NCBI GenBank assembly: GCA_026770705.1
Contig: JANJGN010000152.1
Location: 1-64,000, forward strand
DNA from: Isurus oxyrinchus
Lineage: Eukaryota
Length of the DNA stretch: 64,000 nt
Reading direction: 5' to 3'
The notes beneath the pieces were generated by a model, which was not told the origin of the DNA, searched no databases, and saw nothing but the letters and a program-made list of their open reading frames with translations. Every line of letters starts with the position of its first letter. The stretch's first letter is position 1. This document shows, piece by piece, positions 25,130 through 38,950 of the stretch. A program made the position numbers and the translations under genes.

Positions 25130-27550
25130 AAAACATAGAAACATAGAAAGTAGGAGCAGGGCTATGCCATAGGCCCTTCGAGCCAGCTCCGCCATTCATC
25201 ATGATTGTGGCTGATCATCCAACTCAATAGCCTGCTCCCGCTTTCTGCCCTTACCCTTTGATCCCTTTCGCCCCAAGAGCTATATCTAACTATTTCTTGA
25301 AAGCATGTATTATTTTGGCATCAAATACTTTCGGTGGTAGCGAATTCCATAGGCTCACCACTCTCTGGGTGAAGACATTTCTTCTCATCTCAATTCTAAA
25401 TGGTCTACCCCGTATCCACAGACTGTGACCTCTGGTTCTGGACTCCCCCGCCATCGGGACCATCCTTCCTGCATCTACACTGTCTGGCCCTGTTAGAATT
25501 TTATAGTCTTCTATGAGATTCTGCTCTCATTCTTCTGAACCCAAGCGAATATAATCGTAACCAACTCAATCACTCCTCAGATGTCTGTCCTGCCATCCCA
25601 GGAATCAGTCTGATAAACGTTCGCTGCACCCCCTCTATAGCAAGAACATTCTTCCTCAGATAAGGAGCCCAAACCTGCCCATAATATTCCAGGTGTGGTC
25701 TCACCAAGGCCCTGTACAATTGCAGCAATACATCCTGCTCCTGTACTGGAATCCTCTGCTATGAAGGTCAACGTACCATTTGCCCTCTTTTGCATCTGCT
25801 GCATCTGCATGCTTACCTTCTGCGATTGGTGTACGACGACACCCAGCTCTCGTAGCACATTCCCCTCTCTGAATTTATAGCCATTCAGATAATAATCTCC
25901 CTTCCTGTTATTGCATCCAAAGTGGATAACCTCAAATTTATCCACATTATGCTTCACCTGCCATGCATTTTTCCACTCACTCAGCCTGTCCAAGTCACAC
26001 TGAAGCAGCTCTGCATCCTCCTCACAGCTCACCCTCCCACCCAGCTTTGTGTCATCTGCAAATTTAGAGGTATTACATTTAGTTCCCTAATTTAAATCAT
26101 TAATATCTATTGTTAATAGCTGGGCACGCAGCACCGATCCCTAAGGTACCCCACTTGTCACTGCCTGCCATTCGGAAAATGTCCCGTGTATTCCTCCTCT
26201 TTGTTTCATGTCTGCCAACCAGTTTTCTATCCATCTCAACACACTTTCCCCAATCCCATACGCTTTAATTTTACATGCTAATCTCTTCTGTGGGACTTTG
26301 TCGACAGCCTTCTGAAAGTCCAACTAAAACGCATCCATTGGCTCCCCCTCATCAACTCCACTAGTGACATCCTCGAAAAATTCCAATAGATTTGTCGTAA
26401 ATGCATGCTGACTGTCCGATTCTGCCAATATTTTCCAAGTGCTCAGCTATTAAATCTTTTATAATGGCCTCTAGAATTTTCCCCACTAGCGACATCAGGC
26501 TGACTGGCCTTTTATTTCCTGTTTTCTCTGCACCTCTCTTTTTCAATAGTGGGGTTACATTAGCAACCCTCCAATCTGCAGGAACTGTACCAGAGTCTAT
26601 AGGATCTAGGAAGATGATCACCAATGCATCCATTATTTCTAGTGTCATTTCCTTAAGTGCTCTGGGATGTAGATTATCAGGCCCTGGGGATTTTTCGGCC
26701 TTCCATCCCATCAATTTCCCCAACACCATTTCCCTACTAATACAAATTTCTTTCAGTTCCTCCCTCTCTCGAAACCCTGAGTTTCCCAACATTTCTGGTA
26801 TGTTATTTGTGACCTCTTTGTGAAGACTGAACCAAAGTATGTATTTACTTGGTCAGCCATTTCTTTGCTCCCCATTATAAATTCCCCTGTTTCTGACTGT
26901 AAGGGACCTACATTTGTCTTCACCAACCTTTTTCTCTTCACATACCTATAGAATCTTTTACAGTCAGGTTTTATGTTCCCTGCAAGCTTATTCTGGTACT
27001 CTATTTTCCCCTTCTTTATCAATACCTTGGTCCTCCTTTGTTGGATTCTAATCTGCTTCCAATGCTCAGGTCTTTTTTTTCCTGGCCAATTTGTATGCCT
27101 CTTCCTTGCATCTAATACTATCTCTAATTTCTCTCGTAAACCATGGTTTGGCCACGTTTGTTGTTTCACTTTTGCGCCAGGCAGGAATAACAATTGTTTC
27201 AGTTCATCCATGTGCTCTTTGAATGTTTGCCAATGCCTGTCCACCGTCATCCCTTTAAGTAACGTTTCCCAATCCATCATAGCCAACTCACGCCTCACAC
27301 CATCGTAGTTTCCTTTATTAAGGTTCAGGGCCCCAGTTTCAGAATCAACTATGTCACTCTCCATATTGATGAAGAATTCTATCATTTTATGGCCGCTCAC
27401 CCCCAAGGGGCCTGGCACATCTAGATTGCCAATTATTGCTTTCTCATCACACAATACCCAGTCAAGAATGGCCTGTTCTCTAGTTCGTTTCTCAACGCAT
27501 TGGTCCAGAAAGCCATCCCGTATACACTCCAGGAATTCTTCCTCTACAGT
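25130..27550 (-). mobile_element. CR1-type LINE ORF2 (endonuclease C-terminus plus RT), decayed
   Basis: ORFs with ILDWVL, KSPGPDNLHPRAL, DFQKAVDKVP, SGVP. Confidence 0.92.
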
Positions 27551-27819
27551 ATTTGATTTGGCCAAACTATATGCAGATGAAAGTCACCCATAATTACAGA
27601 TGTTTCTTTATTGGATACTTCTCTAATTTCCTGCTTAATTCCAGTCCCAGCTTCACCACAGCAGTTTTGGGTCTATATACAACCTCCACTAACATTTTAT
27701 GCTCCTTATACTCATCGATAAGCAGAAATCAATTTCTGGGTGTGCTTGTTAAAATGTTCTATTTTAAATGTTCCATTCAAATGTTCCATTTTAAACATTT
27801 TCAAATGGAACACAAATGG

Positions 27820-29020
27820 AATATAATTAATGCTAGGAGCGTGAGGAGCTGTGGACCCAGATATACACGAAGGGCATGATATCATAGCTATGACCAAGGC
27901 TTGGCTAAAGGATGGCCAGGATTGGCAGCTCAACCTTCCTGCTTATAGTGTGTTTGGACGAGGTGGTGAGAGGGATAGAAGAGTTGGTTTGGGGGGGGGG
28001 GGGGGGAGGTGGGGGAGGGGGGGGCGGTGGGCGGGATGGGGGAGGGGTTGCAACATAGATCAAGGAATCTTGGGGAATGATCATATTTTAGAAGGGTCAT
28101 CAAATGAAACCCCGTAGGTACAAGTAAGAAACGCCAAAAGAGCAAACACGAGATTGGGTGTGTACTATAGGCCCCCAAAAAGGCAGGTAGTGATAGAGGG
28201 CCAAAAGTGTCATCACAGGTTGTTTTCCTTGGAGCAATGAAGGCTGAAAGGGACCTGAGAGATATGTATATGATTATGAGTGGCACAGGTAGGGTGGATT
28301 GGAAGGCAATTTTTCCATTATTAGAGGAGTCAATAACCAGGGGGCAGAGATTTAAGCTAAGAGGCAGAAGACAGATTTACGTGTGAATGCGATGCGCACG
28401 GCCGCCTCCCCCATTGTTCCGTATGTTGCTGCTGTTCCCGTTTTGATGTTAGTTGGATCAGCAGTGGAGTGGGATGGGGTTTACATTTCTGCCCTGACAG
28501 AGGAATTGGGGTTTGTAGAAAAACAGGCCAGTTAGCTTAACATCTGTCATTGGGAAAATGTTGGAGTCTTTTATAAATGATGCAATAGCAAAGCCTTTAG
28601 AAGTACATAGTCTAATGAAGCAGAATCAGCATGGCTTCAAGAAGGAGAAAACGTGCCTGACAAATTAATCTTAATTCTTTGGTGAGGTAACAAGTAAGAT
28701 TGAAAAAGGAGAACCAGTAGATGTAATGTATTTCAATTTCCAAAATGCGTTCGGTAAGGTACTTCACACAAGGCTACTTAATAAGGTAACACCCCACGTT
28801 TTTGGGGGTAATATCTCAGCATGGATAAAGGATTGGCTAACTAATAGAAGACAGAGAGATGGGTTAAGGGGGCATTTTCAGGATGGCAATCCGTAACTAG
28901 CGGGGAGCCACAGGGATCAGTGTTGGGGCCTCAATTATTTATACCATATATTAATGACTTAGATGATGGAAGTGAATGTACAATCGTCAAATTTGCAGAT
29001 GACACAAAATAGGTGAGAAG
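27820..29020 (+). mobile_element. CR1 LINE fragments
   Basis: HDIIAMTKAWL (endonuclease) and [20 protein letters not shown] (RT) remnants. Confidence 0.75.
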
Positions 29021-29079
29021 ATAAGTGGCTTGAGATCAGTGCCTGATTATAAACCATTATTCGAGAATTAAGCAATACT

Positions 29080-30000
29080 CATTTATTAGTGCACTGGACT
29101 GTCACACTAAATGATATCCTAGCTATTTCTGCATTAGATTGCCTCCACTTATGTTCCACCAGGCACAATTTTTGTTATTACTAACTACAACATCTTAATG
29201 CTAACGTCTATATTACACCAGACACTGCCCCAGTCGAATTACACGAGACCACACCCACTTTATGTTGCATTCGTCCTTTTTTCTAGTTATTTGCAAGAGG
29301 ATGCATATCCTTCTGTGTTTCCCTAGGTCACATCTCAGTTATTATTGTAATAGATAATTTCCGTTAGTGTTCAGCAACATCCTGTCTCAGTGTTCCACCA
29401 GACAATATCACTCTTAATATTACAATAACCCGTGTCTCTGTTTAAGGTACATGAGACACAATCTCATTTGTTGCGGCATTTGACATGTCTCTGCTTGTAT
29501 GACACTAGGCCCTGCCTGATTTACTACTGAATGATACTCTGTCTCAGTTTATATTACAGTGGCCATTTTCTATGCTCTACTGCACTAGGACATGATTGAA
29601 TTTACATTGCACTAGGCCACGTCCCTGCTGATATTGCACTACGACAGTACTCACATTATAAAATAATAGCCTTTGGCCTTCTGTAGATTACATTAGACCA
29701 TGTCTTTGTTCATGTTAGCTGGAGACCTGTCTGATCTATTATCTCATTACCCTTGATCTGCTTATATTTCGGTAGGCCCTAACTTTGTTATTCCCGCTCG
29801 AAACCAAACTCCTGTTTACATTACACGAGACCCAATTTCTAGTTGCCTTGCTCCAGGCCTTGCTTCAGTTAATACTGAAATGGATCCTGCCTCTATTCAT
29901 GTTACGCCAGGTCGTGCCTTTGTTACTACTATTCTTGACCAAATCCCTGTTTTTGTTAACTAAGTTTATGTGCACGACACATTTATATGTGACTCTTAAC
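29080..30000 (+). repeat. Highly diverged ~30-bp periodic repeat
   Basis: Recurrent TTATATTACAC/TGCACTAGGCC-like units. Confidence 0.45.
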
Positions 30001-30116
30001 AGTGATTTACACTAATTATTATTCTCAAAGCAGCATTTTTATCACGTTAAGAAAGCTGACAGAAGTTGGCCGGACGAGCAGAAAAAAGTGTAACTTTACA
30101 TATTGCATCTCAAGTC

Positions 30117-30440
30117 ATCGGCCATGTTTGTGTGACGTACAGCCGGCCATGTTTGTGTGAAGTACTATCGGTCATGTTTGCGTGACGTACTGTCGGCCAT
30201 GTTGGTATGACAAAGCTGTCGGCCAGGTTTGTGTGACGTACAGTAGATCATCTTTGCGTGACGAAACTGTCGATCATGTTTTTGTGACGTACGGTCGGCC
30301 ATGTTTGTGTGACGTATTGTCGGCCATGTTTGCGTGACGAAACTGTCGGCCAGGTTTGTGTGATGTACTGTCGGCCATGTTTGTGTGACGTAATGTTGAT
30401 CGCGTTTTTGTGACGAATTCGGCCGTGTTTGTGTGACGTG
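30117..30440 (+). repeat. 25-bp minisatellite, ~13 copies (GTCGGCCATGTTTGTGTGACGTACT)
   Basis: Direct tandem copies visible. Confidence 0.92.
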
Positions 30441-31278
30441 CTGCGGTTCTTAATTTTCGTTTCGCCTTCTAATTGCATTTCCGTACCTGCCCGCAATGTT
30501 GAGCAGCTTTTTCCCGAACTCCGCTGTCAGCTTCGTGAAGCCTCTGACTTCGGCCTTGTCACGGGGTTTATTTGATTGAGTATTGCTGTTGCTGGTTGAG
30601 AGATAATCGTACACCATAAACAGTTTTCAGAACAGAATGTAGTGACTGTCATCTTTAAAGAGAGCACCCAAGCGCACAGCCCCCCAAGGTCTGTTGTACC
30701 CCCGAGTGCCGTTTCATTCTCAGTGACTGCAAACAGAAATTCTGAATATTCCCAATCTGGAAGTCAAATATGGCTCAAATTAAACGCCATTTTAAATGCA
30801 GAGCTGGTGCAGGAAGCATTTGGCTAAATGACTGGGAGAATCTCCGGAATATTGGAGTAAGAGTGGATTGGGGGCTTTCTCCCGGTGTCCTGGGCCCACA
30901 TTCCACCTTTAACAAACACCACCCAATACAAACACATGCACCGACCTCCCAGTTCACCACTGTGGGGAAAGGAAGGCGGCAGCACAACTGGCAGAAAGTA
31001 AAGCTCCCCTCCCCCACCCCTGTACACCAGAGTATTGTGGGAGGGGTTTTCACATCCGGATAACTATCCAAATGAAGGGTCAGAAAGTTGCAGTTTCCTT
31101 TAATAAACCTGTCTCTTATTTCCACAACACTTAGCCAGCGACCCGGGAACCATGCGGCAATAATCTCAGCGAAACTGCCCTGTGCAAATTTACTCGATCC
31201 CCCTAAAGTATTTCAATCCAGCTCTGAGATCCGGTCTCCCAGTGCAGTCCAAAGTTGCAATCTTCCAGCTCCCCGGAA

Positions 31279-31530
31279 TATAAACCCTCAGCTCCAGGCA
31301 GATGGGAATCCTCCTTCTTTTCACTGTGTGTGTCTGTTTACCCCGTGAGTACCGATCAAACAAACCGACATTGTTTGGATTTAATATAAAGCTGCCCGTA
31401 TCCATCTCTATTACAGACACTGTCCTGGGTTTTAAATCCGTTCTGTGGTTCGGTTCTGATGCTCCATTAAAATCTCTCTGTTAAATTTTCAGGCTCTTTC
31501 ACTCAGTCGGGCCTGTGACCCAGATCAGGC
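31279..31530 (+). pseudogene. Second NAR-TCR promoter, leader (31302-31344, MGILLLFTVCVCLP), intron and first codons of V (..GPVTQ)
   Basis: Clearly paralogous to 19126-19365; homology stops after VTQ. Confidence 0.8.
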
Positions 31531-32394
31531 CAACAGTTGTCCCGTTCCGCGCAAACGCAGAATCGCTAGGTTCGTAGTTGGGGGTTTGAGGCCGCCACCA
31601 GATGTTTATGAATCCTCCCCGCCCACTCAGCTGGCTCTAATCGTCTCCACCCACCCAGCGGCTCCATTACTCAACCGCACTCGATTGTTTTTCTTTTCTC
31701 CGCCGAACTCCTGCCACAACTCGCACTGCGCATGTACCAGTCAGGGATCGCGTTGCGCATGCTCAGCTTCCAGCTAGGTAGTACGCCTGCGCAGCAATCT
31801 CCCTGTCGTCTTGGTAGGACGCATTCTTCCCCGCGGAGAATGCTGGTTACCATCCAGCCATTGAGAGTCGAAATTGTTGAATCGAAACACTAAGCAGATC
31901 TGTTGTGTTTGTGGAAAGGGAGACATAGTTTCAGGTCGATGTCTTTTCATTAGAATGGCACTGGATCATTACACGGACATTGAGCCTGTTTCTTATTCTC
32001 TAGATACTGTTATGCTGAGTATTTCCTGCATTTTCTGTCTTTATCTCTGGTTAAAGAAGTTTCTCTTGAACTGCACATTAGATTCATTACTAAGTTATAT
32101 TTATTTTCGTCGTTGCACAAGTGGAAAAATCTTCCACCCGTCTAACGTGTAGAAACACTTAAGCGATTTAAATTCCCTGATCAAGTCACCGCTCACTCAG
32201 ATTTCCACATTAAACGTCTCCAGCCTGTTCAATATTTCTTGATAGGTATCACCTGTCAGTTGTAGCATTAGCGCAATAAATCTTTCATGCATCACCTCCA
32301 TCGCTCGCTTCTTGCATTGCTTCTAAATACATGTTATAGTATGGAGACCTGAGCTAACCTGAGCAGCGAACTCACCACTGTCCACAAATTGCAA

Positions 32395-33035
32395 ATGGGA
32401 TCATTGCCTTTATTAGCCTAGGCATAGAATATAAGAGCAGGGAGATTATGCTGGAACTGCATAAAATTCTGATTAGGCCATAGCTAGAGTATTGCCTGCA
32501 ATTCTGGAATCCGCATTATAGGAAGGATGTGATTGCACTTGAGAGAATGCAGAGCAGATTTACCAGTTTATTGCCTGGGCTGGAGGGTTTTAGTTATGAG
32601 GAGAAATTGGGTAGACTGGGCTTATTTTCCCTGGAGCAGAGGAGATTGAGGGGGAACTTGATTGAGGTGTAAAAAATTATAAGGGGCATAGATAGGGTAT
32701 ACAGGACGGAACCTTTCCCCTTGGTTGAGGGATCAATAACAAGGGAGCATAGATTTCAGGTAAGGGCAAAATGTTTAGAGGGGATGTGAACAAGAATTTT
32801 TTCACCCACAAGTGTGGTGGAAATCTGGAACTCCCTGCTTGACAGGGTGGTAGGGGCAGAAACCTTCATAACATTTAAGAAGTATTTGGACGTGCACTTG
32901 TGATGCCAAGGCATACAAGGCTACGGGCCTCGCCCTGGAAAATGGGATTAGAATAGTTAGGTACTTGTTTGGCTGGCGTGGACTCGATGGGCCAAAGAGC
33001 CTTTTTCTGTGCTGTAGACCTCTATGACTCTGTAA
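32395..33035 (+). mobile_element. CR1 LINE 3' end
   Basis: LEYC.QFW.PHYRKDV and [11 protein letters not shown]-like sequence plus 3' tail. Confidence 0.85.
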
Positions 33036-33744
33036 TAGAGTGTCGTGTCTTGCCCAATATTTATCCCTCAATCAATACCACAAGAACATATTATCTGGTC
33101 ATTAATGCACTGCTGTTTGTGGGGGTTTGCTCCATTTCCTACATTACAACAGCAAATATACTTCAAAAGTGCATAATTGCCTATAAAACCCTTTGCGATT
33201 CCGGTGGTAGTGAAAGGAACTTTGTAAATATGAGCATTTGTTTCTTTCTCAATCCATGTCCCTGGTTATTGATTGATCGGCTCACGGAGATCGGTCCTTT
33301 CTATCTTCTCCATCTCGATCCTTATAATTTGATATTCCTCAATTAAATGGCCTTCGCTTTCCCTGTTCAAAAAAAACAGACCCATCCTATCCAATCTTTC
33401 CTCTTCACTCATTTTGATGTGAATCAGGTTCAGCAGGAGTTTTCCAATACTCTCCCCTAATCATATAGATCTGATCTTTCTCATCTGGATTGTGTTTGAA
33501 CTGCACCCACGTCTCTCAGTTCCTCAGTAAGTGTCTATTTTAACCCTTTGACTCTGAGCAGTTTTGCTGGTAAAGCGGTTTGAATGGAAATTGCCACTTT
33601 GAATACCATTATTCATTGTACACAAGGCCATATACCTGCCGTGCTTCCGGTGAAGCTGGTGACAGTTTTAACTCATAAACCTGCAATTATGATGTGAATA
33701 ATAGCGTGCTGGAGAATGATTTACTTTGAGCCCCGTGATACCTT

Positions 33745-33808
33745 GGAGGAATGGCTCAAACCGAGGATGTTTCAAGGTCTTAAACTCCACCGACTGAGCT
33801 AACGGGAC
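33745..33808 (-). pseudogene. tRNA-Lys-like remnant
   Basis: GTCCCGTTAGCTCAGTCGGTGGAG matches the tRNA-Lys 5' end/A box; GGTTTGAGCC is B-box-like. Confidence 0.45.
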
Positions 33809-35480
33809 ATGTAGTGATGACATGTACATATCCCTTGTCACAGTGTCTGAATGCAATGGTAGAGAAGGAAATTGACCACCTGAAGCCCAAGGGTCCAATG
33901 CTTTCCCATCAATCATCAATAACATCATTCACAGCTTCTGCGTCTCAGCTGCACCTCCTTTCAAACATTGTGAGCCATTTTCCTCAGGATTTGTTCCTGG
34001 ATTTAATATGTACCTGCATTGTGACCACGTTTTGAAATCAGATACGCTTCAATCTCCAACACAAGTTGAATTGCAAATCTGATAGACAAACAATGCAAAA
34101 CCAGTCAGTGCATAACGTAAATCCCATGGTTCTCATTTCCAGATCCACCACAGTCAGCTTTTAAATCAAAGGAAAGAATTTTGTAGTGAAAATATTTAGA
34201 ACGTTGTCGTTGTTTTTATTTGTGACTCACTCATTTGGGTATTCTGTAAATGATGCTCGGAGGTATAGTGACCGGGATATAATATACCTGTGTTTTCCTG
34301 AGCCTGTGCTCGGTGTGTTGGGAGGATTAGCCCGGGTTGGAATATCTTGCGTACCAGAGATGGGCAGTAACTCACTGATTGAAGCTGCAGTCGCCGCTTT
34401 CTGCTGGCAGCAGGTGATTGGAGAGTGCGGGGCCAGAATATTGCTGCTTTTCTGCTTTTCCCTGTCCCACTCACTGTGGTGCTGGAGGAGGAGCGAGTGG
34501 GTTTGTTTGAATCCAATGACTTCATAGATTTCCAGTGGGTTAGACATAGGTACATGGTTGGTCTAATCATTTTCTCATTAAACTTGACGTGAATATACAT
34601 GACAAAAAATTGCTTGCATGGGAATTCACTAAATAACAGAAACACTTGCCTCGATTGTGAAATATTTTCTTTCAGGTAAAGTGGATCCTGATAACCCAGA
34701 GCTGTGGGGGAATGAATGCTGCTAAAGTGAAAACTCCACCCGTGGATGGATCGAACTACCAACTAATTAGCCAAATACTGAACAATTGCGCTTTAGAAAC
34801 AGTTGGCAAAGCAATCTGGCAAGGTACCCACTTAAAACTTCAGATTGTTGCTGCCACATTAGCAATTGTTCTCAAAAGTTTCCTTCTTCAAACAAAAGGG
34901 TGGAACATGCATTGTGGATACATGGAAACAGTTGATTGAGAGATAAACATTGACCAGGAAGAGGGGAGAACTCCCCTGTTCTTCTTTCAAATAGGTTCAT
35001 GGCATCTTTTACATTCTGGTGCCTAAATCCCGTCATGTATCTTCTTTCCCAACTGAATAGAAAAGGAGGGGTGTCACCAGACCTACACTGAGTCTCGATT
35101 TCCTCGCCTCCATCGTAGTTTTTCCTCTCCCTCTATTCTGAAGACCGATGCAAGGTGATTCTGCAGCAGGTCTGTCATTTCCTCAGTTTCAGTTACAGTA
35201 TCCTTGCACCTGCCTTCGGTTGCTGTAAGCCAATCTTTGAGACGGGGAGTAAATATGTTAATCTGCATCAATAATCCCTTTTTGTTGACTGCAAATCGAC
35301 CTGCCCAGTGACGGTTGAAAATGTTTAATAACTTCCAGTGGTTCGTGTGTGATGGAATGGCGGCTGTTTTTATTTTGTTGGATGTTATTCACCTTGACAA
35401 GAGGTATTAAGTGGCTGTATGATGCTGTCTTTTATAACACAAGTAAATTAGCACTTAACAAACGGCTTTTGGTAAAGCTT

Positions 35481-35553
35481 CTTTTTTGCCGAGCTTCGAA
35501 TGAGGGACTTTCTGTATGTTAGGTGCACATGATACTCACTACACCACAGAAAC
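35481..35553 (-). pseudogene. tRNA-Val(AAC) pseudogene
   Basis: GTTTCTGTGGTGTAGTGAGTATCATGTGCACCTAACATACAGAAAGTCCCTCATTCGAAGCTCGGC is colinear with vertebrate tRNA-Val-AAC. Confidence 0.7.
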
Positions 35554-36387
35554 GACACACTGCTGGGATCACAATGGACTTGTCCACAATGTTAACCTAT
35601 GCCACCATGCAGCAGCACTTTGGGTCTTTGTTTTGAATAAATGGATTCAGCTGCTATAAATAGGAATGCTGGAGTCAGACTGATTCAAAAATGTGATCAT
35701 AAGATTACACAGCACATTAGGAAACAATTCGGCCCATCGTGTCTATGACAGAATTTTACAAAGAGCTTTCCATAATCTTGGTTTTTCTCGCTTTAAAGTC
35801 ATTGTCCAGCTCCCTTTTGAAAACTCTGAGTGAAGAGAAACAATATTGAAAGAAGTGCAGGAGTTTCTGCAGTGCCCACGCGCACTGCGTGATCATTAAC
35901 AAAGTTTCCCTGACCCAATAACATCAAGAGTTGGACTCGAAAATCTCATATAGTTTTTGAACCAAAAAAATGTATTTATGCAGCTGATTTCATACCGAAC
36001 TTTCAAAAGAAGTTTACTGAGATCAAGCATGTCATCATTTTTCTCAGGCGCTCTGTACAATCTAATTCCCCTTGCTGTACAACCTGTTACAGAGACTGTT
36101 AGAGAAAAGTGGGAAAGGTTTGCTGCAGCGATACAAAGCCCTGGTTAGGTCACACTAGGAGGACTGTGGATAGTTTTGGTAAAAGCACCTGATAGAGGAT
36201 CAATATATGCCTTGAAAGTTTCAGAGGAGCCGCATTGATTCTGTTGGTGGGTTTTGGAAATTGAAAGTTGTACATCCGCAGCTTGTGGCACAATTTCCCC
36301 TCACTGTTAACTTCATGTTCATGTTGAACACACTCTATGCTGTAATTGGCTGAACAAACCTTCTGTGTTTTAACTAAAATTACTGTT

Positions 36388-36435
36388 ATTCAGCGCTCCC
36401 ACTCCTGCCGCCCGGGTTTGGCCCTCATCAGGGAA
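36388..36435 (+). pseudogene. tRNA-Glu 3' remnant
   Basis: ATTCAGCGCTCCCAC...GCCCGGGTTTG...TCAGGGAA. Confidence 0.5.
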
Positions 36436-36991
36436 TGTTGTTTTCTTGTTCTGTGTGAACTGTCACAATGAACTGATCCCGGAGTCTCTTTCCCCCAGGA
36501 TCCACAAAACCCGTCACTTCTCTTCCTTCATTCTCACTCTTTCATTCCCAGTTTGAGTCGGTTCTCCTTTCGGCACCTTCAACAAATCCATTTGGATGGA
36601 CAAGTGGCAGCTGAAATTTGATGGGAGGAACTGTGAAATGATTCATGTTGGTCGGAGAGGAGAGGAAACAGAAGATAAAGTCTACAATTTTAAAGGGGCT
36701 TCTTTGTTGCACAGCGAGTGGATCAGATCAGGAATGAATCAATTCGGTTCAGTTCCACAAGGGGGTGGACACAGTTTTACCACCACAAGCTTCATTCACA
36801 TTAGCTGTGTAGCTTCATATTAAAAAGGTTCAGAGAGAAAAAGCACGTTGGAAAGATGCAAGAGGAAATTGTTTCTTTCTGGATGTTTCTTTTTCAGTGG
36901 AGACTATTCCATTACCGAGTCCCCATATGCTACAAGGTGGAGGATGATTGAAATTTTCTGTCAAGGCAATGACAATTTCGGAATTGATCGT

Positions 36992-37074
36992 GGTGGTGAA
37001 GCTGAATGGATGAAGGTGCTGGAGTTAAGCTCCAGTTTCTATGGAGGCGTGGGGTTTGAATCCCACCACTGACA
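36992..37074 (+). pseudogene. tRNA-Leu pseudogene
   Basis: AAGGTGCTGGAGTTAAGCTCCAGTTTCTATGGAGGCGTGGGGTTTGAATCCCACCACTGACA is colinear with tRNA-Leu including the long variable arm. Confidence 0.75.
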
Positions 37075-37284
37075 GAGTTTCAGATGGTTCATATTTTCAG
37101 TCAATTTAGCCAAATCCTTCAGTGTGTGCTTGGGACAAGTATAGTTCTCCATTCTGGAGGGAAGATCGAAAAGAGGCAGGAGGAATTGCAGGGCAGCCAG
37201 GGATAGCTGGGGCCACGTCTTTATTCTCTGCAAAGCCATTCTCTGATTTTATGTACAGAGCATTAAGAGGCACATGGCGCCTGA

Positions 37285-37365
37285 GTACAGAGCTGAGTTG
37301 CTCAGGAAATGGGTTGGAAATCCTTTAGATTTCCCTGATGTAGGTTCAAATACTACCAAACTACA
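37285..37365 (+). pseudogene. tRNA-Ser pseudogene
   Basis: GCTGAGTTGCTCAGG..ATGG...GAAATCC...TTTCCC...TAGGTTCAAAT...ACTAC is colinear with tRNA-Ser. Confidence 0.55.
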
Positions 37366-37399
37366 TTTCTCACTATTCCTGTTTTAGGAATGAGTTCAC

Positions 37400-38950
37400 A
37401 GAATCACAGAATCACACAGAAGAGGCCCTTCGGCCCATCGAGTCTGCACTGACACGTGAGAAACACCGGACCTACCTACCTAATCCCATTTACCAGCATT
37501 TGGCCCATAGCCTTGAGTGTTATGATGTACCAAGTGCTCATCCAGGTACTTTTTAAAGGATGTAAGGCAACTCCACCACCCTCCCAGGCAGTGCATTCCA
37601 GACCGTCACCACCCTCTGGGTAGAAGAGTTTTTCCTCACATCCCCCCTAAACCTCCTGCCCCTCACATTGAACTTAAGCCCCCTTGTGAATGACACTTCA
37701 ACTGAGGGGAACAGCTGCTCCCTATCCACCCTGTTCATGCCTCTCATAATCTTGTACACCTCGATCAGGTCGCCCCTCAGTCTTCTCTGCTCCAGTGAAA
37801 ACAACCCAAGCCTATCCAACCTCTCTTCATAACTTAAATGTTTCATCCCAGGCAACATCCTGGTGAATCTCCTCTGTACCCCCTCCAGTGCAATCACATC
37901 TTTCCTATAATGTGGCGACCAGAACTGCACACAGTACTCCAGCTGTGGCCTCACTAAGTTCTATACAACTCCAACATGACCTCCCTACTTTTGTAACCTA
38001 TGCCTCGACTGATAAAGGCAAGTGCCCCATATGCCTTTTTCACCACCACACTAAAATGCCCCTCCACCTTCAGAGATCTATGGACACACACGCCAAAGTC
38101 CCTTTATTCCTCAGAAATTCCTGCCATTCATTGAATACTTCCTTGTCAAATTACACCTTCCAAAGTGTATCACCTCACACTTTTCAGGGTTAAATTCCAT
38201 CTGCCACTTATCTGCCCATTTGACCATCCCGCCTATGGCTTCCTGCAGCCCAAGACACTCAACCTCACTGTTAACCACCTGGCCAATCTTAGTGCCATCC
38301 GCAAACTTTCTAATCCTATCCCCACCCCCGGACCAAGCACAGATCCCTGTGGTACGCCACTGGACACTGGCTTCCAGTCACTAAAGCATCCTTCTGTCAT
38401 TACTCTCTGCTTCCTTTAGCGAAGCCAATTTTGAATCCACCTTAGCAAATTACCCTTCTTTCTAAGTCTCCCATGTGGGGCCTTGTCAAAGCCTTTGCTG
38501 AAATCCATATATACCACATCAACTGCACTACCCTCATCTACACCTGGTCACCTCTTCAAAAAATTCAATCAAATTTGTTAGGCATGACCTCCTTCTGACA
38601 AAGCCATGCTGACTATCCCTGATCAAATCTTGCCTCTCCAAGTGGAGATAGATGCTCTCCTTCAGAATTTCTCCAATAGTTTCCCTACCACTGACATAAG
38701 ACTCACCGGCCTATAGTTCCCTGGCTTCTCTCTACAACCCTTCTTAAATAGCGGAACCACATTAGCTGTGCTCCAGTCCTCTGGCACCTCCCCCGTGGCC
38801 AGAGGGGAATTAAAAATTTGGGTCAGAGCCCCTGCGATCTCCTCCCTTGCCTCCCTCAGCAGTCTGGGACACAAATCATCCGGACCTGGAGATCTGTCCA
38901 CTTTTAAGCCTGCCAACACCTCCAATACCTTGTCACTCACTGTATCAATT
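37400..38950 (-). mobile_element. CR1 LINE 3' portion
   Basis: ORF RPQLEYCVQFWSPHYRKDV...; KVDRSPGPDDLCPRLL...PGNYRPVSL. Confidence 0.92.

Noticed and set aside
23742-25202. ORFs containing X runs
   Set aside because: They span assembly gaps
30117-30440. CRISPR-like regular repeat
   Set aside because: No unique spacers, no cas genes, vertebrate DNA; it is a minisatellite
34186-34762. 106-188 aa ORFs on both strands
   Set aside because: No recognisable domain or supportable exon chain
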